From an uncultured Pseudomonadales bacterium (lineage in GTDB: Bacteria; Pseudomonadota; Gammaproteobacteria; Pseudomonadales; Litorivicinaceae), in contig CAZFNA010000001.1 of assembly GCA_964520465.1 (NCBI GenBank), positions 76,597 through 136,192 on the forward strand: 59,596 nt of DNA, read 5' to 3'. Positions 1-8,069 of this stretch are shown one piece after another. Made by a program: the position numbers and the translations under genes. The notes beneath the pieces were generated by a model. That model had not been told where the DNA came from. It saw nothing but the letters and a program-made list of their open reading frames with translations, and did no database searches. Position 1 is the first letter of the stretch. Each line of letters opens with the position of its first letter.

Positions 1-490
1 CAGAGAACTCAATCGCATCTAAAGTTGATCGTTCAGCAGAATGCGACATATCGACCACAAGTCCTACGCGATTCATTTCTCGGACCACTTCACGGCCCAT
101 CCTGGTCAGCCCAGAGTCTTCAATTTCGTAACAGCCTGCAGCCAAAAGAGATTGGTTATTATACGACAGTTGCATAAATCGGACACCCAAACGATGGACA
201 ACCTCGACTAACCCAATGTCATCCTCTATTGGACTTGGGTTTTGAAACCCAAACACGACTGCTGTTTGACCTCGTGATTTTGCCGTTCTCACGTCATCCG
301 CGGTAAAGGCCTGCACAATACGATCAGAGTGGTGCTCGAAAATTAGATTCCAGCCTGCAATCACAGCCACCATTTCTCGGAAATTCTCATGATAAGCGAT
401 CGTAACATGCACACAATCCAATCCACCCTCAGCCATCTGGCTGAAAATAATGTCCGACCAATTACAATATTGCAGGCCATCGATTCGCAT
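1..490 (-). CDS. Membrane dipeptidase (peptidase M19 / renal dipeptidase-like amidohydrolase), 3' end runs off the window
   Basis: Not in the ORF track. Manual translation from ATG at 490: MRIDGLQYCNWSDIIFSQMAEGGLDCVHVTIAYHENF...GFQNPSPIEDDIGLVEVVHRLGVRFMQLSYNNQSLLAAGCYE...GLTRMGREVVREMNRVGLVVDMSHSAERSTLDAIE, typical M19 motifs. Start overlaps the ALDH stop (TGATG). Confidence 0.88.
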   Translation of the reverse strand, partial: MRIDGLQYCNWSDIIFSQMAEGGLDCVHVTIAYHENFREMVAVIAGWNLIFEHHSDRIVQAFTADDVRTAKSRGQTAVVFGFQNPSPIEDDIGLVEVVHRLGVRFMQLSYNNQSLLAAGCYEIEDSGLTRMGREVVREMNRVGLVVDMSHSAERSTLDAIEFS

Positions 491-1935
491 CAGCCTGGAT
501 CTCCCATGGAGACATAAGCCGTTTTAACCGTTGTATAGAATTCAACAGCATATTGACCCTGTTCGCGCGACCCGTAGGATGAAGAGCCTCGCCCTCCAAA
601 AGGTACATGATAATCAGTGCCGGCCGTGGGTAGGTTGACCATCACACAGCCTGTCTTGGCGTTACGCCTAAAGTGGTTGGCACGAGCGAGCGACTGCGTC
701 ATAATCCCGGATGTAAGACCAAACAAGGTATCATTCACCGCGGAGAGGCCTTCCTCATATGATCCAACGGGGATAACACAAGCAATCGGGGCGAACATTT
801 CTTCCCTGTTCACTGTCATTCGATTATCCGTCTGCGTTAATAAAGCCGGTCGCATAAAGTGACCCGGCGTCGAGCGCTCAAGCAGTTCCCCTCCATACAA
901 TAACGCAGCTCCCTCATCCTGTCCCACGGACAAATAACGCAAGTTCTCCGACAATTGCGAACTTGATGCAACTGGACCAATCTGTATTCCAGATTCCAAT
1001 GCGTGGCCCACAACCAAGTCCTGCATATGCTTTACTAGCTTGTCTACGAACACATCGTGAATACTTTCATGAACAATTAGACGGCTTGACGCAGTACATT
1101 TCTGTCCAGTACTGCCGAAAGCTCCATTAGCCGCGGCCTGAACAGCTAAGTCGAGATCAGCATCGTCCATGATGAGTAGACCGTTTTTTGAACCCATTTC
1201 AAGCTGGACTTTTGAAAAATTATTCGCTGCGTTGGCTGCAACAGTTCGTCCGACTTGAACAGAGCCTGTAAAACTTATGGCTTGCACATGTGGATGAGCC
1301 GTCAACGCATTCCCAATGGTGCCACCAGGACCCATCACTAAATTGAACAGCCCCGGTGGAATATCTTGTTTAGCAATAATTTCTGCCAGAGCAACTGCTG
1401 AGGCTGGAGTTAAGTTAGCAGGCTTCCAAATCACAGCATTACCGAACGCGAGCGCAGGTGCGATTTTCCAAGATGCTGTTGCTACCGGGAAGTTCCACGG
1501 GCTAATAATTCCGACAACTCCTAGGGGCTCGCGACGGACATCAATCTCTATCCCGGGCCTAACTGAGTCAGCTGTGTCTCCAATCTGTCGAAGCACTTCA
1601 GCAGCGTAGTAGGTAAAAAACTGACCCGCTCGAAATACTTCACCACGTCCTTCGGGAAATGTTTTCCCCTCCTCCCGAGCGAGCAGCTCACCCAATTCAT
1701 CACAACGAGATATCAACTCACGACCAATCGAATCAAGCACATTTTGTTTTTTCTCTAAGCCAGTAGACTGCCATATCCGTTGAGCTTTTTCAGCCGCGGT
1801 GACCGCGTAATCAAGTTCACTAGCGCTGGCCTGCGCGAACGCTCCAATGATGTCACGGGTATCAGAGGGATTAATATTATCGATGCGCTCATCTGAACCA
1901 ATCCACTCTCCGGCAATCCAGTTATTACAATTCAT
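490..1935 (-). CDS. Aldehyde dehydrogenase, alpha-ketoglutaric semialdehyde dehydrogenase (KGSADH/YcbD)-like
   Basis: ISPWNFP, WKPA, FTGS, QLEMGSKN, GQKCTAS, EEMFAP motifs; C-terminal NLPTAGTDYHVPFGGRGSSSYGSREQG is typical of the KGSADH subfamily. Confidence 0.9.
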   Translation of the reverse strand: MNCNNWIAGEWIGSDERIDNINPSDTRDIIGAFAQASASELDYAVTAAEKAQRIWQSTGLEKKQNVLDSIGRELISRCDELGELLAREEGKTFPEGRGEVFRAGQFFTYYAAEVLRQIGDTADSVRPGIEIDVRREPLGVVGIISPWNFPVATASWKIAPALAFGNAVIWKPANLTPASAVALAEIIAKQDIPPGLFNLVMGPGGTIGNALTAHPHVQAISFTGSVQVGRTVAANAANNFSKVQLEMGSKNGLLIMDDADLDLAVQAAANGAFGSTGQKCTASSRLIVHESIHDVFVDKLVKHMQDLVVGHALESGIQIGPVASSSQLSENLRYLSVGQDEGAALLYGGELLERSTPGHFMRPALLTQTDNRMTVNREEMFAPIACVIPVGSYEEGLSAVNDTLFGLTSGIMTQSLARANHFRRNAKTGCVMVNLPTAGTDYHVPFGGRGSSSYGSREQGQYAVEFYTTVKTAYVSMGDPG

Positions 1936-1936
1936 A

Positions 1937-2506
1937 TTATTTCCTTTTGGTCAACCCGTTGGCAGTGCATATCGAAGACACCAATGCTTCAGCAAGTGTA
2001 TCTGCACTCGATCGCGGTCCATAGACTGCAATTTTAGATTTATCTGAGCAAACTAGATAAACACCAAGATGGTGGATTACGCTCCGAATCGCAGCCCCCG
2101 GCTCGTAACGATTCTGCGACACATTCGCTAATCGACACAAAATAAGACTTAACCTGGGCCCTGCTAAATCGAAACGAACCCAGGCATCCGTTTGTTCGGT
2201 AACGCAACCATATTGTCGTAATGGTGTATTCAATACCCAGTCAGGATCGACTAAATACGGTTGCTCAAACATCCATTGATGCCTGCTCATCCAAAACACA
2301 GACATTCCTTTTGGATTGGCGGTCAATGACTCTGGCTCAGGTAGTGTCAAATCATAAACCTCTGATATCGCCGTTTTATTTGTGTGCTCATCAGCTACCG
2401 GCATTGAAAATGATAGGAGTGCGTTGCTTTGATTTTCTGACAGGCTTGTTTCACCCATTGTTACGAGTTCGATTGTCGCAGCAGGAGACGCTATCAGGTC
2501 ACGCAC
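1937..2506 (-). CDS. soxG: Sarcosine oxidase / N-methylglutamate dehydrogenase gamma subunit
   Basis: TEQTDAWVRFDLAG and YGPRSSADTLAEAL motifs; fourth gene of B-D-A-G order. Likely GTG start at 2506 overlapping the alpha-subunit stop (ORF track extends to 2542). Confidence 0.8.
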   Translation of the reverse strand: MRDLIASPAATIELVTMGETSLSENQSNALLSFSMPVADEHTNKTAISEVYDLTLPEPESLTANPKGMSVFWMSRHQWMFEQPYLVDPDWVLNTPLRQYGCVTEQTDAWVRFDLAGPRLSLILCRLANVSQNRYEPGAAIRSVIHHLGVYLVCSDKSKIAVYGPRSSADTLAEALVSSICTANGLTKRK

Positions 2507-5414
2507 GTACTCGCTCTCCCTTTGGATCCACAAAATGCGCACTCACAACCTCAACCTCAACATCGAGGCCATCCAGTAGGCTTACAGCCCTTATGCGCTC
2601 GCCCAAAAGATTATCGGCGTTCTGCAAATAAGCCAGTGCGATCATTGAACCGATGTGCGGGGAGTACGCGACGCTTGTCACATAGCCTATATCGTTAGCT
2701 GCCACAAGCTCCTTCCCCAGCTCCACAAGGTGGGCACCTCCAACCAGTTTTGCTCCGGGCACTACTGGCCGAAGGCCTATGAGTCGGGTGGCGTCGTCTG
2801 CAAAATGTTCACGATTAGCCAAAACTCTGCCAATGCTATCCTTGGTTTGGCTCACCATTCCACCCAGCCCAAGATTCGCTGCTGTCGTTTGGCCGTTCAG
2901 CTCAGCGCCAGCAGCGTGGCCTTTTTCTATTCTCAAAACTCCAAGTGCTTCAGTGCCGTAGGGCGTCACGCCCAGATCCTCACCAATCTTCAGCAAATAC
3001 TCAAAAAAATCGTGGCCGAATCGGGTTGGCACAGCTATCTCGTAAGCTAGCTCTCCCGAGAAAGAAATTCTGAATAACCGTGCTCGCAAACCATTTTTTA
3101 ACTGAATCTCAGCACACGCCATAAATGGAAACTCTTGATTTGAAACATCGATATCAACGACACGTGCTATCAAGTCACGAGAAAGTGGTCCAGCCACAGC
3201 GAACTGAGCCCAGGCCTCAGTTGTGGAAATTAGATGAACATCTAGCTGAGGCTTTAGGCATTGTCTAACAAATTCCATGTGCCGGTAAACTGCTACAGCA
3301 TTCGCCGTAGTCGTTGTCACTACAAAATGATTTTCAGAAAACCGTGCCGCCGTCCCATCATCCATTGCGATTCCATCTTCCCGGAGCATAAGACCATATC
3401 TCACCTTTCCGACAGACAATTTAAGGAATCCGTTAGCGTAAACAAAATTCAAAAATTCCGCGGCATCACTGCCCTGCACATCAATTTTTCCAAGCGTAGT
3501 TACATCACAAATACCTACGGCACGGCGCACCGTGGTCACCTCGCGATTAACTGTATCTTGCCAGCCCGTGTCGTCGGTTCGAGGAAACCACTGAGCACGC
3601 AACCAATTTCCCACCTCAACAAAACGAGCACCTAACCGCGTCGCCACATGATGAGTCGGTGTTAGACGCCTGGGCTTAAAGTCTGCACCACGAAAACGTC
3701 CCGCCAAAGCCCCAATTGAAACTGCAGTGTATGGGGGACGAGCGAGGGTAGTGCCGGTTTCAGCGATGGTCTGACCGGTAAGTCCAGCCATCACTGATAA
3801 TCCCAGGACGTTAGAGTGCTTGCCTTGATCAGTAGCCATCCCCAAAGTGGTGTAGCGCTTTAAATGCTCAACACTAATCATCCCCTCTTGGTGACTAAGC
3901 ACAATATCCTTTGAAGTTACATCATTCTGAAGGTCAACAAATGCTGGACCACCCGCATCCACTTGGTATAAAGGTTGTAAGTTCAGGGGGCGGGATACCC
4001 CAGGAATAATTTCATCCACAAGCTGCCCAGTCTCTTTAAAGACCATGGACATGGCACTCTGCCAACAATTTAAAGTGTCGTAATGTCCGTCTGCCGCGCC
4101 CACGACTACTTGATCTCTTGGTAAAGATTTAGAAGCATGGAACCCAAAAGTATCATCATCCCATAAAGGCTTAGCACCCTGATGACAGGTTAAATGAACC
4201 GTCGGATTGAATCCTCCAGAAACACCAAGAAAATCAGCTTCAACCCAACGCAGGCTTCCAGATTGTGCGCGTATCTGTATCCGTTTTAGTCCCGTTACTC
4301 CCGCCGTATTCGTCACCACCGAGCTCACAAAATGGGGCAGGTCCGCAACTGAATCAACAGCTTGCCTCGAATCAACCACTGCCGTTACATGGTGTCCAGC
4401 CGCAATCAACCGCCGCGCAACTCGCAGGCCATCATCGTGCGTGACGAACAAAGCAATCGATTGCTTCTGCAAGGATCCAAAATATAAAGCGTACGCTTCG
4501 AGTGCCGACATCGTCATTACTCCCGGACGATCATTATTCGGAAAAGCTATACCGCGCGTCAGCGCGCCTGTTGCGATAACGGTTCTACCCACGCTGACTG
4601 TCCAAAGGGTCTGTTTTGGCAATTCACCGGGTAACGACTCAACATGCTCAGTATTTCGAGATACTGCAGCATAGACCCCATGATCATAAGATCCAAAGAC
4701 TGTCGTTCTGTTCATACAATGGATGCCAGGATGCTCCTCCACACGTTTGATCAGCAATTCAAGCCACGCGAAATCAGATGGCTCAGCCTCCGATCTAAGC
4801 TGGCCACCAAAATCTGGGCGCTCATCCATTAATACAACTTGCTGTCCGTTATCCGCCAATTTCAGTGCTGATCCAAGGCCAGCAATCCCTCCACCCACAA
4901 CAAGAAAATCTGCGTGTAAATACCCTTTGTCATAAACCGAGGGGTCTGGCTTTGTGGATAATCTTCCAAGTCCAGCAGCTCGCCGTATAAGAGGTTCATA
5001 AACAGACTCCCAGAACCTCGCAGGCCACATAAAAGTTTTATAGTAGAAGCCTGCGGTTAAGAAACGAGACAGATGATTGTTTATCGCCAGAAAATCAAAG
5101 CGAAGACTAGGCCATGCATTTTGTGGCCACGCCTCTAGCCCATCAAAAATCTCTATTTCCGTAGCTCTGGTATTAGGCTCAGGATGCCCTTCTCGAATGA
5201 CTGTGACCAGGGCATTTGGCTCGTCAGATCCATCTGAATACACACCGCGGGGACGGTGATATTTAAACGATCGGGCGACAAGCTTTACGCCATTAGCTAG
5301 GAGGGCGGACGCCAGTGTATCGCCGTGAAAAGCTGGATAAGGTTTCCCATCAAACCTAAACCGTAGGGGACGTTTGATATCAATACCCCTAGCATTTTCC
5401 CATCTATTAGCCAT
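2499..5414 (-). CDS. soxA: Sarcosine oxidase / N-methylglutamate dehydrogenase alpha subunit
   Basis: GDTLASALLANG..RSFKYHRPRG, GFYYKTFMWP, EHLKRYTTLGMATDQGK, C-terminal GcvT-like folate-binding domain (DVTTLGKIDVQG, RISFSGELAYEI). ATG at 5414 (alternative 5423). Confidence 0.92.
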   Translation of the reverse strand: MANRWENARGIDIKRPLRFRFDGKPYPAFHGDTLASALLANGVKLVARSFKYHRPRGVYSDGSDEPNALVTVIREGHPEPNTRATEIEIFDGLEAWPQNAWPSLRFDFLAINNHLSRFLTAGFYYKTFMWPARFWESVYEPLIRRAAGLGRLSTKPDPSVYDKGYLHADFLVVGGGIAGLGSALKLADNGQQVVLMDERPDFGGQLRSEAEPSDFAWLELLIKRVEEHPGIHCMNRTTVFGSYDHGVYAAVSRNTEHVESLPGELPKQTLWTVSVGRTVIATGALTRGIAFPNNDRPGVMTMSALEAYALYFGSLQKQSIALFVTHDDGLRVARRLIAAGHHVTAVVDSRQAVDSVADLPHFVSSVVTNTAGVTGLKRIQIRAQSGSLRWVEADFLGVSGGFNPTVHLTCHQGAKPLWDDDTFGFHASKSLPRDQVVVGAADGHYDTLNCWQSAMSMVFKETGQLVDEIIPGVSRPLNLQPLYQVDAGGPAFVDLQNDVTSKDIVLSHQEGMISVEHLKRYTTLGMATDQGKHSNVLGLSVMAGLTGQTIAETGTTLARPPYTAVSIGALAGRFRGADFKPRRLTPTHHVATRLGARFVEVGNWLRAQWFPRTDDTGWQDTVNREVTTVRRAVGICDVTTLGKIDVQGSDAAEFLNFVYANGFLKLSVGKVRYGLMLREDGIAMDDGTAARFSENHFVVTTTTANAVAVYRHMEFVRQCLKPQLDVHLISTTEAWAQFAVAGPLSRDLIARVVDIDVSNQEFPFMACAEIQLKNGLRARLFRISFSGELAYEIAVPTRFGHDFFEYLLKIGEDLGVTPYGTEALGVLRIEKGHAAGAELNGQTTAANLGLGGMVSQTKDSIGRVLANREHFADDATRLIGLRPVVPGAKLVGGAHLVELGKELVAANDIGYVTSVAYSPHIGSMIALAYLQNADNLLGERIRAVSLLDGLDVEVEVVSAHFVDPKGERVRA

Positions 5415-5682
5415 AGTCGCCATCCTTGGCAGCGAATTCTGCCGCCATGACCTCGTGCGTTAACGTGTTCCGTGTCACCACTAACCACGACCGATCACCC
5501 TGCTCGTGAAACCAGAGTTCTCGATGCACACCACGCGGATTTACTCGCTCATAAGCATAAGCCACCAGGAGACTAAGAGCATCCTCGGTCATACCATCAG
5601 GGCGATGCAGCAGGCTCGCATCTCCAAGGTAGACAAATTCTGATTGGTCCCTAAGACCCAATGTAGGATGTGGAATTCTCAT
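5407..5682 (-). CDS. soxD: Sarcosine oxidase / N-methylglutamate dehydrogenase delta subunit
   Basis: MRIPHPTLGLRDQSEFVYLGDA...YERVNPRGVHRELWFHEQGDRSWLVVTRNTLTHE; lies between beta and alpha subunits. Confidence 0.88.
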   Translation of the reverse strand: MRIPHPTLGLRDQSEFVYLGDASLLHRPDGMTEDALSLLVAYAYERVNPRGVHRELWFHEQGDRSWLVVTRNTLTHEVMAAEFAAKDGDYG

Positions 5683-5687
5683 TGCAT

Positions 5688-6938
5688 TCAATGCAGGTTC
5701 GGCGTCGAACCCTGCCCCTTCTCATCAATCATTGCGCCGCGATCAAAGCGATCAAGCTTGAACGCCCACGCCGTAGGATGCGAGGTTTCAGTCGCTAATA
5801 AATGTGCAAACACATAACCACTAGCAGGCGTCGCTTTGAATCCACCATAGCACCAGCCACCGTTAAAAAAGAGTCCCTTCACTGGCGTGCGATCAATGAT
5901 CGGGGAGCCATCCATAGACATGTCCATCACGCCACCCCAGGAACGGAGCAGGCGCGCGCGACCAAGCATTGGCATTAATGACATACCACCCTCACACACG
6001 TCTTCAACAGCCGGTAAGTTACCTCTGCTCGCGTAACTGTTGTAGCCATCTAAATCGCCACCAAAAACTAGCCCGCCTTTATCCGATTGACTAATATAAA
6101 AATGTCCGGCCCCATAAGTTATCACGCCAGGAATTAAAGGCTTCAGGCCCTCACTGACAAAGGCCTGAAGCACATGAGACTCAATAGGCAAAGCCAAACC
6201 CACTTTTCGCATGACCTCACTCGAGTAGCCAGCAACGCAAACACCAACTCGGTCTGCCTTGATCATCCCTTGGTTAGTTTCCACGCCAAGGACCCGATCA
6301 CTATCAATTTGAAAGTCATGGACTTCACATTGCTCAATAATATCGACCCCTAACTGATCTGCGGCTCGGGCATATCCCCATGCCACCGCATCATGACGCA
6401 CCGTGCCGCCCCGGCGCTGTAGTAGCCCTCCATGTATGGGAAATCTGGCACTATCGAAATTCAGAAAAGGCGCCATTTTACGGACCTCTTGGCAGTTCAA
6501 AAGTTCGGCGTCACCGCCATGCATGCGCATTGTATTTCCTCTGCGCCTAAATGCATCGCGTTGCGCATCTGAGTGAAATAGATTGAGCACTCCACGCTGA
6601 CTAACCATCGCATTGAAATTGATTTCCTGCTCAAGTCCCTCCCAAAGTCTAAGGGATAAGTCGTAAAAAGGCTGATTGCCTTCAAGCATGTAATTGGCTC
6701 GAATAATGGTAGTATTACGACCAACATTTCCGCCTCCGATCCAACCTTTCTCAAGAACAGCAACATTTTTTATTCCGTGCTGCTTTGCAAGATAGTAAGC
6801 GGTAGCTAATCCATGGCCGCCGCCACCGATGATAATTAGATCATAATGCTTTTTTGGCGCGGTCGAACGCCACAGTGGCTTCCAACCAGAATGTCCACCC
6901 AACCCCTCTTTTAAAACGCGCCAACCAGAAAACCGCAT
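5688..6938 (-). CDS. soxB: Sarcosine oxidase / N-methylglutamate dehydrogenase beta subunit (FAD)
   Basis: IIGGGGHGLATAYYLA, GGGNVGRNTTIIRANY, GTVRHDAVAWGYAR, GGFKATPASG motifs. Confidence 0.92.
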   Translation of the reverse strand: MRFSGWRVLKEGLGGHSGWKPLWRSTAPKKHYDLIIIGGGGHGLATAYYLAKQHGIKNVAVLEKGWIGGGNVGRNTTIIRANYMLEGNQPFYDLSLRLWEGLEQEINFNAMVSQRGVLNLFHSDAQRDAFRRRGNTMRMHGGDAELLNCQEVRKMAPFLNFDSARFPIHGGLLQRRGGTVRHDAVAWGYARAADQLGVDIIEQCEVHDFQIDSDRVLGVETNQGMIKADRVGVCVAGYSSEVMRKVGLALPIESHVLQAFVSEGLKPLIPGVITYGAGHFYISQSDKGGLVFGGDLDGYNSYASRGNLPAVEDVCEGGMSLMPMLGRARLLRSWGGVMDMSMDGSPIIDRTPVKGLFFNGGWCYGGFKATPASGYVFAHLLATETSHPTAWAFKLDRFDRGAMIDEKGQGSTPNLH

Positions 6939-6958
6939 GCCAAGTATCCCTTAGTTAT

Positions 6959-6978
6959 CATCCAAGTGTATCTGGATG
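6959..6978. promoter_or_regulatory. Inverted repeat CATCCA-N8-TGGATG 20 bp upstream of the soxB start; possible operator
   Basis: Perfect 6-bp palindromic arms seen in the sequence; function is inference only. Confidence 0.3.
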
Positions 6979-7189
6979 CATTTAATAAAAAATTGTAGCA
7001 AAGAGAGAAATATGACCATCTAAGGCATGTTTTATCAACTGCTATTTACTAATCTTTGGCTATGCTTATTTTTCAATACAACTAAAATATTTCGGACTCG
7101 TTTATTTTAACCGTTCAGGCCTTCACGTGATTGCGGAGGAGATTTTAATTCTGTATTAAAAAGCATCTTGACTGGAGTCAAATACCCAA

Positions 7190-8069
7190 TTGGTCGCATC
7201 ACAATACTGTGGCCTTGAAGGTATCGTTCTTATTCTTTGCTTAATGCTTCTTTTTGCAATCCTGGACGTCCTAGCCGTTACTTGAGTGCAAAAAATTCAC
7301 GTGAGCCAATCCCCAACTGTGCGCTACTGGCTGTTCACGATAGCGGCACTTTGGTTTTGACGACACACAACAAATTTTAGAAAAACCCTCAAAACCCCAA
7401 TACTTGGCACACAAATTTTCCGTTCGTTGCTGGCCGTGAGTGAGGTTGGCATATTCATCTTTAGCCTAAAATATTTTATCCTGGCCGAGGCATACTCCTT
7501 TTTTGCAAGCTTCCCACTAATCGCTATTGTAATGGCAGCTATTTATTTAAACGAACGGTTGCAAGCGACCGACATTGTCTCAGTTCTTGAAGGGTTTGCT
7601 GGCACTCTAATTATCCTCGGCCCGGCATGGACGTCTTCGAAGCAGAGGCTCTGATCCCATTATCAGCCACCATACTTTTTGCTGGGTACATCGTTTTGAC
7701 GCGGCGCGTCAGCCAAGTGGATTCCTATGCAATAACGCTCCTTTGCACCGCACTTGCGGGCACAGTCATCGCCACGGCATTTGGATTATTTCACTGGGCC
7801 GAGGTATCCCCGTTTGAGTGGGAATTGACGGGAATAATGAGTTTTTTGGTGTTGCCGCACAATTTTTATTAATCGCAGCTCTTGGGATCGCTCCCACCAC
7901 TCAACTGCAACCTTCTAACTATAGCTTACTATTTTTCGTCACATTGCACGGGGGCCGTACGTTTGGTCCGATTCCTGATTACCCGACAATCATTGGTGCC
8001 TTTTGTATTGTTGGGGGGGGGTTGTTCGCTCTGATGAGTCGTCGTAGGCATTTTAAAAGCCAGAATTGA
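7190..8069 (+). pseudogene. EamA/DMT family transporter pseudogene
   Basis: DMT-like hydrophobic peptide from ~7190 (LEGIVLILCLMLLFAILDV...VRYWLF...QIFRSLLAVSEVGIF) with in-frame TGA at 7283 and 7358, then frameshifted pieces 7427-7654, 7627-7872, 7818-8069 (YLNERL, LQPSNYSLL, PDYPTIIGAFCIVGGGL). Confidence 0.8.
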
